Assembly: GCA_043228905.1 (NCBI GenBank)
Contig: JBHGNT010000319.1
Location: 1 to 35,241, forward strand
Source: Azolla caroliniana
Lineage: Eukaryota > Plantae > Polypodiophyta
Length of the DNA stretch: 35,241 bases
Direction of reading: 5' to 3'
Below the pieces are notes generated by a model. That model saw only the letters and a list, made by a program, of their open reading frames with translations, was not told the DNA's origin and made no database searches. Numbering within the stretch: position 1 is the first letter of the stretch; every line of letters begins with the position of its first letter. Below, one piece after another: positions 11,429 through 21,160 of the stretch. Made by a program: the position numbers and the translations under genes.

Positions 11429-11660
11429 AATCATAGTACGTAATATACTCGAATGCATTGGCAAACATTCGTTTTCATACGAATGCAAACGAATGACTAT
11501 GTTATCAAAACATTCGTATGTTTTTTTTACACTTTTTATCTTTACTTTCTTACATTATAAGTTACAATAAATAAGGAATACAAAAGTATGGTATTTACCA
11601 TACCCGAATGATTGAAACATTTTGCGAATGCGAATGTACGTATGGTACGTATGATTCATA
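11429..11660. mobile_element. Possible degenerate MITE-like fold-back element (CGAATG/CATTCG-rich)
   Basis: Imperfect terminal inverted repeat AATCATA(-)GTAC ... GTACGTATGATT, multiple CGAATG/CATTCG motifs at both ends and an AT-rich centre. No clear TSD. Confidence 0.4.
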
Positions 11661-11787
11661 GTATGTTTGAAATCACAAACCTTAGTGTTTTCTTTTGGAG
11701 GGTTTAGTGAAAGAAAAGACCTTAGCCATCAAACCTCATCCTCTCTTTCTTTCTTTCTTTCTTCCTTTCTTTGTTTGTTCAATATAC

Positions 11788-11800
11788 ACAATTACATATG
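11788..11800. repeat. LINE target-site duplication, left copy
   Basis: ACAATTACATATG, identical to 19801-19813 (15 bp if the following TT is included). Confidence 0.93.
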
Positions 11801-12007
11801 TTTTTTTTTTTTTTTTCCAAAAAAACACTACTTCGCATTAGTTAGCCAACAAAATTACATCATAGAACACCCAAAGTTCTTCTCACTAGCCCTCACTCTG
11901 GCCTTCCCACCAAAGTGGACATAGTCCCCACCTCATTTTCAACAAACGTATCCAGACAACTCCAATAACCTAATAATTTGTACCATGTCTATACAGATTT
12001 ACAGCTC

Positions 12008-15000
12008 CTAGACGCTGTTGGAAACTGGAAACAGCCATCGGGGTGCTTGGTAGTTCCATTGAGGCCCTGATGATGATCTGCCCACCATAGGAGAATTACC
12101 CCATTTCAACAAGAACTTTGATCGAGATCTTTCAGCTGCATCAGATTCCCCCTTAATTGAGTCGTATCGTCCCCGCAGCCAAGATACCAACTCAAATCAG
12201 ATATTTAATAATACCTCACCCCTAGGGATCTTTTGTTGTTGAAAAACAAATTTACAACGGTTGGTCCAAATGTGCCAGACCGATAAACAAGACACCATCA
12301 TCCATATCTCTTCAAAAAATTCTGAGTTAGTGCCATGTCGAACTCCAGCCCGTTGAAACACCTTGCCATCCTGCACTATAAAACCATGTCCGTGGGGGTT
12401 TAACTGTTCAGCCCAGCCTTCCCCTGTTAACTTCAGCCCTTGTACGGACCCCCATACAACTCTCCCATTCACTCCGCATGCTGCCACTATCCTGAGACTT
12501 CTACCCCAAATGTTAATAGCCTCGCTGCAATTCCAAAAACAATGAGGAATTGATTCCAAAGGGTGTCCACAACTTTTGCATCCAGCCTCACCACCACGAC
12601 ACCTAAGCCACTCCCCCACCGGCACCGCTTTGTGACTAAGAAGCCACAACCAAAGCTTTATTTTTTCTGGCATATCGAACGCCCATAGCCTCCTCCAAAA
12701 CGACTTCAACCAGTCATCAGAAATGCCTTTATCCTTCCAACTATTGCGAGTTAGGCCAGCACCCATCAATTTAGAGCCAATGATTTGCCTTCCTAGCTTG
12801 GTAGTGTACTCGAAAAACCGTTCAAGTTTGTCCGTTCTCGGTTTCTGCCACCACACCTCTAGTGGATCCCAATCCAGATCACATATGGGCTTGTTGTCAA
12901 CTATCCAGAGTTTACGATCAGATTCCAGCTTCCCTGGGTCCGGGTTTACTTGCCACTTCTTACCTTCCAACATTGCCACTCGCACTGCCAACCACTGGCC
13001 ATTGTCTGCCAAAGCACTTAGGTTGCCCCACAAACGATACTCATTAGATGGGCACCTGCCTCGGATAATTTATGCATCGCCCTCACCTACAAACCACCCA
13101 AACCAAACCCCCTCTTCTTCATTCAGCCTAGCTAGACCATCAACAACCTTATCTATCAAGTGGGTAACCTTTTCCAGCCTGCCGGTAAATCTAGGACTTC
13201 CAACCAGACCCTCCCTTCTTCTCCTTTTGAACTCCTCCCAGTCTCTTACTGAACTAACATTGTACCCTACCATTTTTCCCCATGGCAAGTATTTTTTCTG
13301 ACCAAGCATCATACCATCATCACTTCGAATCCTGGGGTTCCAAAACAGAGGTTGACGGAGTTGTTCCTCCATTGTTTTTGGCTGCATTAAGACCAACCCC
13401 TCTCTTAAACTTGACCAGGCCCTCATTATGGTGCGGACCACCCTATGCTCCATGCTAGTAGGTTCTTTTAACGTTAGGCCTGGACTGAACAACCACCACA
13501 TCTTTGTTTTCCAAGGGCCGCCATTCCTCGGACTCCAGAGTTCAGCTCTGTCTCTAAGAAGCAATTTCCACAATTCTGGTCCAGGTTGGAGACTTCGCAC
13601 CAAGAGCTTACCAAGTAAAGCCTTACTTTGGTGAACTGGATCCACCATCCCAAGTCCACCTTGACTTTTTGCCTTGATCAAACAACTCCAGGCCACTTTA
13701 GCTGAAGCAGTCTCATGGTCTCTACCCGACCAAAGGAACCCTCTCACCATTGCCTTAATATTTTTTATGCACTCTTTATCTAACATCCAGCATGCCAACG
13801 AGTGCCACATGGTGGCCAACAAAATATGGTTTACCACAACCACTCTACCTGCAAGGGAAAGCTTTACTGATGCCCATAACCGAAGCTTTTTTCTGATTTT
13901 GTCTTTCACTTGCTCAAGTTGCTGATTTTTCTGAATCTCTATTCCCACCAAAAAGCCCAAATACTTAACAACCCTTCCATTAGGAACCCATTGAAAATCA
14001 GCATTAGGTTGCCAATTTGGCCAAGAGTTTGGACTTACCCAAAACCCTCTACTTTTGTTCCAATTAATTTTCCCACCTGATGCTTTACAAAACAACTCAA
14101 TTCGATTTTCAGCCTGCTGTAAATTAGCATCATTGCCTTGCAGATAGAGCATGGTGTCATCTGCATACATGGAGTCCAACAAGTCCTTACAAGCATGTGG
14201 GACAACCAAACCCCGAATTCCTGCATCCGGTCTATTTAAAAAGAAAGAGAATGCCTCTGAGATAAATAAATAAAGGTAGGGGGCCAATGGGCACCCCTGT
14301 CTGACAGACTTGCATAATGGAATTGATGGACCCCGTTGCCCTAGTACCAACACTCTACTCAAGATTCCTTTGTTTTCCAAGGGCCTGGACTGAACAACCA
14401 CCACATCTTTGTTTTCCAAGGGCCGCCATTCCTCGGACTCCAGAGTTCAGCTCTGTCTCTAAGAAGCAATTTCCACAATTCTGGTCCAGGTTGGAGACTT
14501 CGCACCAAGAGCTTACCAAGTAAAGCCTTACTTTGGTGAACTGGATCCACCATCCCAAGTCCACCTTGACTTTTTGCCTTGATCAAACAACTCCAGGCCA
14601 CTTTAGCTGAAGCAGTCTCATGGTCTCTACCCGACCAAAGGAACCCTCTCACCATTGCCTTAATATTTTTTATGCACTCTTTATCTAACATCCAGCATGC
14701 CAACGAGTGCCACATGGTGGCCAACAAAATATGGTTTACCACAACCACTCTACCTGCAAGGGAAAGCTTTACTGATGCCCATAACCGAAGCTTTTTTCTG
14801 ATTTTGTCTTTCACTTGCTCAAGTTGCTGATTTTTCTGAATCTCTATTCCCACCAAAAAGCCCAAATACTTAACAACCCTTCCATTAGGAACCCATTGAA
14901 AATCAGCATTAGGTTGCCAATTTGGCCAAGAGTTTGGACTTACCCAAAACCCTCTACTTTTGTTCCAATTAATTTTCCCACCTGATGCTTTACAAAACAA

Positions 15001-17205
15001 CTCAATTCGATTTTCAGCCTGCTGTAAATTAGCATCATTGCCTTGCAGATAGAGCATGGTGTCATCTGCATACATGGAGTCCAACAAGTCCTTACAAGCA
15101 TGTGGGACAACCAAACCCCGAATTCCTGCATCCGGTCTATTTAAAAAGAAAGAGAATGCCTCTGAGATAAATAAATAAAGGTAGGGGGCCAATGGGCACC
15201 CCTGTCTGACAGACTTGCATAATGGAATTGATGGACCCCGTTGCCCTAGTACCAACACTCTACTCAAGCTTCCTTTGTAAAGCGCCAACGCAACTGCTCT
15301 CCATTTTGAGGGTAGTCCCAACCGCTCCATGACTTTGTCTAAAAAAGGCCATTGTACTCTATCATATGCCTTCTCAAAGTCAAGCATGAGGCATGCAATA
15401 TGTTGATTGGTTTTCTTCGCTAGGGCAATCGCTTCCCAAAAGGTCAACACATTATCAATTATACATCTATTTTCCATGAATCCTGTTTGTCCAGCATTAA
15501 TTAGCGCATGTAAGTGGGGTTTGACCCTCTTGGCCAGCATATTAGCAAAAATCTTATAGATTGTGTTGAGCAACGTAATCGGTCTCCATTGCCTCACATA
15601 TGATACTATACCCTTTACCTTAGGAATTAGAAATATTAGTCCCTCTTTAAAATGTTCAGGGAGGTACCCATCATCCCATGCCTCATTTAGTCCATCAACC
15701 AAGTCAACCTTAATTATTTCCCAAAATTTTTCATAACAATCTTTTGATAATCTATCGTCTCCTGGACAAGACGTTCTACATATACTTGCCAGAGCATCTG
15801 ACACCTCCTCTTCCAAGAGTGGCCCTGACAACTTAACTTGTGCAACCTCTGAAATTCTTGGTTGCATTCCCTCCAATACAAATTCTGCCAGTGAGGGCTG
15901 GTCTGGGAGACTATAATTATTTGATAGTAGCCCATTATAGTGAGATGTGACTGCCTCCATGATCTCCGATACATCTTCTGACAGTGAACCATCCTCCTTG
16001 ATCAGTTTAGGAATGAAGTTACCAATTGTGCTCGGTTTTTTAAACTAAAAAAATTGTTGGTTCACCTTGTCCCCATTCCTGCTCCACCAAGCTGCTGAAC
16101 TCCTGAATACCATCTTATTTCTTGACACAATCAGCCGCTGTAGTGTTTCTTTGGCAGCCTCCAAACCTGATCTTGACCAAAGACACTTGGGATTTTTCTG
16201 GAGCATTCTTTGGGCAGCCGCTATCGATCTTCTTAGTCTCACCTCTCTTTCCTTAGATCTCTCCAATCTATTTTTAGTCTCTTCATGCAAATACTTTGAA
16301 GTTTCAATAATCTTTCCTTGAAGATTATCCAAAGCACCACAACCAGCTAGATTATTTTCCCATATACTCCTTATCTTACTTCTCACCTCCACATCCTCAA
16401 AAAGCTTATTACTAATCCTTAAGTTGCAGTCCCTTTTGTTCAGCCTCTGAGTGACCAACATAATCGAAACCGGCATGTGATCAGAGTAAGCTGAACCTGC
16501 GATGATTTCAACATTGCTACCATATTTTTCCAGTTCCGAGCTTATGTATATTCTGTCTATGCGAGACATACAATAGCCATTTATATTACAACCTGCTCTT
16601 GAGAAGCATAATGAGCTTCGAGGCTTTTTTAGTACATACCAAGCATCTTTCACTCCCATTCTGCCCATCAACAAATCCCATGCAACTAGCTCTGACCCCT
16701 GCACCGCCGTATGCATGCCCCCCACCTTGTCTTCTGCGTGCATAGTCATGTTAAAATCCCCTGCGAGGATCCATGCATCTGCCATCGGCAATCCATCAAC
16801 CAATTGCCTCCAAAAAAGGGCCCGCATCGCTGTCGAATTGGGCGCGTACACATTTATTATTCCAATGATACGTTGTTGCCATCTGATTGTCACATAGATG
16901 GCATGTCCCTCCACGATGGTGCCTTGGCCCACAACAATTATATCTGGATTATTCTTAATAGATGTACAAACACCCCCTTTTCTACCATGCTCACCTTGCG
17001 CTAGGGACCAAATAGTATGCCAATCCCCCGCTAGAGGATTGCCAATACTCGAGATTCTGTTCGCACTCAAATGGTGCTCTTGCAAGAGCAAAATGTCTGG
17101 GATCCCCCTAAAGCTAGGGGATTTGAACTCTTGGCGGAGGTTCTTCCTCTCCAACATACATTTGCTACCGCCTAGACCTTGTATGTTCCACGTGATTAAT
17201 TTCAT
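12008..17205 (-). pseudogene. LINE ORF2 (endonuclease, reverse transcriptase, C-terminal zinc finger), disrupted
   Basis: Starts MKLITWNIQGLG at 17205. APE motifs LLQEHHL, YAPN, LAGDFN, SRIDRIY, SDH; RT motifs WRPITLLN, LDFEKAYDRV, VRQGCPLAP, YADD, KYLG; zf-RVT CKSC...HCFWNC. In-frame stops at 16045-16047 (TAG), 13070-13072 (TAA) and 12197-12199 (TGA), plus a frameshifting 905-bp duplication. Removing the duplication gives one frame of 4293 bp (1431 codons). Confidence 0.94.
13477..15278. repeat. Near-identical tandem duplication inside the LINE RT domain (13477-14373 and 14382-15278; period 905 bp)
   Basis: ORF-track peptides repeat at an exact 905 offset (13674/14579; 14035/14940). One mismatch is seen near the junction (14364 A vs 15269 C), and there is an 8-bp junction insert at 14374-14381. 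Confidence 0.96.
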
Positions 17206-19496
17206 GAGAACAATTGTGAGGTCTCCCAAGCCGGACATAGTCCCTCCCCACGAGCCCATGCCCAACCTCCCGACTTGATCCTCTCCCATCCTAAAACAAC
17301 ATCTTGCCTTGTAGCTTCAGCCATTTCCTCCTCATGGAAGTGCAACACCTCATCAAGAGGGTCTATCATCTCCTCTAGGCATAGTAAAATCTGTTTTTTA
17401 ATGCAAGAATTATGAAAACTCCCGCATATCATTCCAGCATTTAGCCACATCAACCTCCAATTATCTCCATTCCAATTGATAGGTAGGCTGCGAAAGTATT
17501 TGTGTGCCTTGACTTCTATAAAGTTGGAGATCCGTGGCATGTTACTAGTTGTAACCTCTAGGTCTGTTAGATCAAAAGAGAAGCCTATAGCCGGCAGCTT
17601 GTTTCGTTCAGCAAGAATTACATAAACCCTTAGCCCTAGAGCTTCCCCTTGTGACAAATCCGTCAGTCTTGTGAGAGCTTGCTGACTAAACTTATATCCC
17701 TTGTCCAGCATGTCCCCTTCCAATATTTTTGACCTAACAAATTTGATTGGAACTCTAACATTTGCCTCCTTACTTCTTTCTCCCACAGCTTGCAACTTAA
17801 TTTCAGGAGCGTTGGGTGAGCTTTCTTGACATCTCCCATTACGCAGCCAGTCTTTCATTGCTCTCAGTCCCATACTTCCACTTTTACCAATAGAGGAAGG
17901 GGAGCCCATGGTAGATTCTTGTCTAAGTGTTCCACTTTTTAACATGACCTCGGGTGTACATACTACCACCTCTTCAACAATAGTTTTCTTTGAGTCTTGT
18001 GCTAGGTCCTCCTCTTCTTGCAACACTTCAAAACGATTTCTCAAATCTGCATGAGGTGTATTCGTGTTTACTTCTCGTTGCAAGCCATTTTTCCGTCCCG
18101 AAACACGAGTCCAGCCATTTGCACTATTGTTCACCTTCTCAGCCCCAATGAGGTTGCTCAATCTTGACTCCCTTATCGGTTCTTGCTTATCTAACAGCCC
18201 AATATCCTTCTCCCCCCTTACATTTCTATTAATCTTCCTTGGACATTCCTTGGCAATGTGGCCCTTTCTTTTACAATAGAAACATTGGCCAGGTAAACCC
18301 TCATATTCCACATCCACATCTATCAATCTTCCCTCCACATCATGCACTCTAATTTGGGAGGGAAGTGTGGACAAACTTTGCACAAGCACCCTAATCTTAG
18401 GGGAGTCTCGGATTTTGTCTACCATGGATGCCTTGGAAGGACAAATTGTGGCAATCTTCTCCCCAACATTTTGCATCAACGGATATAAGTGTCGAGGCAG
18501 ATTAGGGAATACCATAGATATCACCATGGGATTACCAATTTTCTTAGCCTCATCCATAACATTGAAATTAGCATGCCACTCCAACAACAGAGATCTTCCG
18601 TATTTGAGTTCTACACATTTCATATTGATAATTTGCGATACATCACTCCCTTCGTTCACTTCAATGTGAAAGAAATTTCGACCCATATTATCCACACTCT
18701 TTATATGTGGGACCTTATCCATTAAAGCTACTTGTAGCATATCACGGACCATGCCTCTGTTGGGCCTACCACCAAATAGCTTACAAATGAACGAACATTT
18801 CTTTAATCTTTTGATCTTGGCATTTAAGATTGTACTTTCTTCTTCGGACAGAAAAACATCCAATACATCGGAAGTCTCCACCATTTTCAAATCCTTATCA
18901 TCATCTCCTCTCGTGCATGTATTATGTGCATTATGTGCCTGACCACATTCATTCAAAAGATTTTCCACTTGTAACGTGTACTCTATGGCCTCACTCTCCA
19001 CCATAGGCAACCCTTGAGACGATCCTCCTTGCAATCCCCGTTGCCCCTCTTCTACTCCCTCTTCATCCATTTGCCATGATGCAAGGTTGGCATGATCTCC
19101 TCCAGCTTCTTGCTTCCGTGCATCTACTTTCCAAACCTCCGATTCTCCCCACACTCGTGAATCCTCATTGCCATCATCTACAAAGAGGGTTGTAGCCATA
19201 CTGCTGGAAGGAGCCCTAATCATCTCTTTCATCCATCCCCTCTTATCTGTCTGATTCACCGAATCCTTACCTATCCTACCAGCACCTCCATTAATATGAT
19301 TCCCTACGACTTTCCAAGCGTCACTTGTTTCCTTATGTTCCAAATTCCCAACTTGCTGCTTCTCGCGGCCATTAACCATCCTTTGTAGTGCATACCTCGA
19401 CTCCACCCACCGCACGGGCGGCACCCTTGCCGCTGGTACTTTAATCGATGACATTGAGTCTGCTTTACCACCCTCAGATGGCTCCCTTGCCACCAT
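17202..19496 (-). CDS. LINE ORF1 protein (764 aa): DUF4283/RRM-like region, CCHC zinc knuckle and a long C-terminal extension
   Basis: Uninterrupted ORF upstream of ORF2. It contains SFICKLFGGRPN...MGRNFFHIEV...LLLEW (plant L1 ORF1 RRM-like) and VEYEGLPGQCFYCKRKGHIAKECP (Cx2Cx4Hx4C). Confidence 0.92.
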   Translation of the reverse strand: MVAREPSEGGKADSMSSIKVPAARVPPVRWVESRYALQRMVNGREKQQVGNLEHKETSDAWKVVGNHINGGAGRIGKDSVNQTDKRGWMKEMIRAPSSSMATTLFVDDGNEDSRVWGESEVWKVDARKQEAGGDHANLASWQMDEEGVEEGQRGLQGGSSQGLPMVESEAIEYTLQVENLLNECGQAHNAHNTCTRGDDDKDLKMVETSDVLDVFLSEEESTILNAKIKRLKKCSFICKLFGGRPNRGMVRDMLQVALMDKVPHIKSVDNMGRNFFHIEVNEGSDVSQIINMKCVELKYGRSLLLEWHANFNVMDEAKKIGNPMVISMVFPNLPRHLYPLMQNVGEKIATICPSKASMVDKIRDSPKIRVLVQSLSTLPSQIRVHDVEGRLIDVDVEYEGLPGQCFYCKRKGHIAKECPRKINRNVRGEKDIGLLDKQEPIRESRLSNLIGAEKVNNSANGWTRVSGRKNGLQREVNTNTPHADLRNRFEVLQEEEDLAQDSKKTIVEEVVVCTPEVMLKSGTLRQESTMGSPSSIGKSGSMGLRAMKDWLRNGRCQESSPNAPEIKLQAVGERSKEANVRVPIKFVRSKILEGDMLDKGYKFSQQALTRLTDLSQGEALGLRVYVILAERNKLPAIGFSFDLTDLEVTTSNMPRISNFIEVKAHKYFRSLPINWNGDNWRLMWLNAGMICGSFHNSCIKKQILLCLEEMIDPLDEVLHFHEEEMAEATRQDVVLGWERIKSGGWAWARGEGLCPAWETSQLFS

Positions 19497-19800
19497 GTTT
19501 TCTTGTATCCCGCTGCCCTTTGGCTCCCTTATCCTCTAGTGCTCTACACTCAGTCTTATTCCCTAATAAGAACGTAACTGACACTGTAGGGGTAGGTAAA
19601 CTCACAAGCAATGTGGTTCATTCGAGGCACTTTGTGCAGCCGAACAGCCTCTGACGAGCGGCCGAGATCTTGGACAGCGGCACACAGCTAACCAGCGCGC
19701 GCGTTCCTCACCGTGCTGCTCCTGCTCGCCATTTCCTCTTCTCGCCATGCTCTGCTCCTGCTCCTCGCCATCACTCCAGAGAGGTTCTTTGGTCGTTATT

Positions 19801-19813
19801 ACAATTACATATG
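19801..19813. repeat. LINE target-site duplication, right copy
   Basis: ACAATTACATATG, identical to 11788-11800. Confidence 0.93.
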
Positions 19814-19919
19814 TTAATAAATGTGTGTGAAAAACTCTACTTACAAATTCACGATCACCCAGTGACCACAAGGTAGTGGAACATTTTGAATTGCCATTAG
19901 GCAACATAGAACACTCTAT

Positions 19920-20246
19920 TAAGAATCGGCAATGGTTCGGTTTCAGCTTAACTGGTTTGGCCTTATCCATACCAAACAGTTTAAGCCTAAACTAGTTTGG
20001 GAGTTCCCAAACCTGAACCGAACCAATTCCTACACTAGTTTAGGCTAACCGGGTAAGCTTAAACCAGTTCAGGAACCAGTTTCGCCAAGCCGATTACACC
20101 TTAACCGGCTTAGCCTAAATCGGTTTGTTCGGCTTGAGCCATCCCAGTTCGAGCTCAAACAAATTAAGGAAGCTTAAGCCTAAACTGAACCAAACCACTT
20201 TTAAATGGTTTAACGGTTCGGTTTAAGCTTGAGTTGAGTCGTTGCT
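19920..20246. mobile_element. hAT-type MITE, second copy of the 31932-32233 family, right terminus eroded
   Basis: Starts TAAGAATCGGCAATGGTTCGGTTT versus TAGGAATCGACAATGGTTCGGTTT at 31932. The AACCG/CGGTT-rich interior is colinear with the other copy. Right TIR and TSD are not intact. Confidence 0.78.
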
Positions 20247-20329
20247 CCAATAAATAAAAAATGCCACATCAATACACCCTTCAATTGTCATAAATATCCT
20301 TTGATTCCGTTCTATGCCTGCCATCAAAT

Positions 20330-21160
20330 TGAAAGCAATGCACATATCCCGATTATCATGCACTCCCTAATACCTCAGAAATAGAAAAACGATCTCCATC
20401 TCTAATTTCGGGTCGACTTGTGCAAATTTGAGCAAACACCCCATTGTTTTGGCGTTAAATAACATTGTGATAAAACTTGCAGAATTCGAGAAATGTAACT
20501 CCAAATCGGACACACAATTGGACATTGTATGAAACGATGACCACTTTCTTCCACTTGAGCTAGTGCAAAAGAAGCAATTGCTCATTGGTAGTCCATATTG
20601 CTTTAGAGCTAATCCCAAAGGCAAACCCCCCAATCAAAACTCTCCAAATCAAAACCTTTGATACAACTTGGCAATGTAGAATGCCAACCACATTTAATAT
20701 CTGCCACCATCCATAATTAGAGTTATGTACTTTCCATTCTTGTTCAACCTTAATAGTAGCCATCAAAGAGACGCAACAGAGCCATGATACAAGAGATTAG
20801 TAGTTACTTGTAAAAACGACATTTGACCCCATAAACACCAATCAACCCATGGTTGCTTTTCTGTTTATTGAGATAAAGGACCTTGCATCAATGCAATATT
20901 GTGTAGTTATTGGCAGATAAACCTATAATTGAGTGGAACATGTAAAACTTGCCACACTTCAACAAACTCAATTTTTTTGTGATCAAGTGTCTATTATCTC
21001 TTTCACCTCTTTGACCTCTAAACAAAACAATCGATTAAATTGAGAGTGCAATCTCTCCTTTCTAGGCCAACATAATAACCAAGAAGACATCAATAACTCT
21101 TTTTGCAAAGAATTACAATGCTCTCTATTAGAAGGTGGTTTCCATACAAACAACAAGAGT
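20330..21160 (-). mobile_element. Old degenerate LINE ORF2 3' fragment (zf-RVT region)
   Basis: Across frameshifts the minus strand reads KVLIWRVLIGG / LPLGLALKQYGLPMSNCFFC / QVEESGHRFIQCP. This parallels KLWLWLLSHKAVPVGEWL...CKSC...ESIPHCFWNC in the younger LINE. Boundaries are approximate. Confidence 0.7.

Larger units (their letters stand above)
11801..19800 (-). mobile_element. Full-length non-LTR retrotransposon (LINE, L1/Tx1-like), 8000 bp including a 905-bp internal duplication
   Basis: Poly(A) tail seen as T16 at 11801-11816. Target-site duplication ACAATTACATATG(TT) at 11788-11800 and 19801-19813. Layout is ~300-bp GC-rich 5' UTR, ORF1, ORF2 (APE endonuclease, RT, zf-RVT) and ~190-bp 3' UTR. 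Confidence 0.97.

Noticed and set aside
12363-18942. Plus-strand ORFs inside the LINE, including the 192-aa ORF at 12723-13301
   Set aside because: Antisense shadows of ORF1/ORF2 with no motif support for an ORF0-like product.
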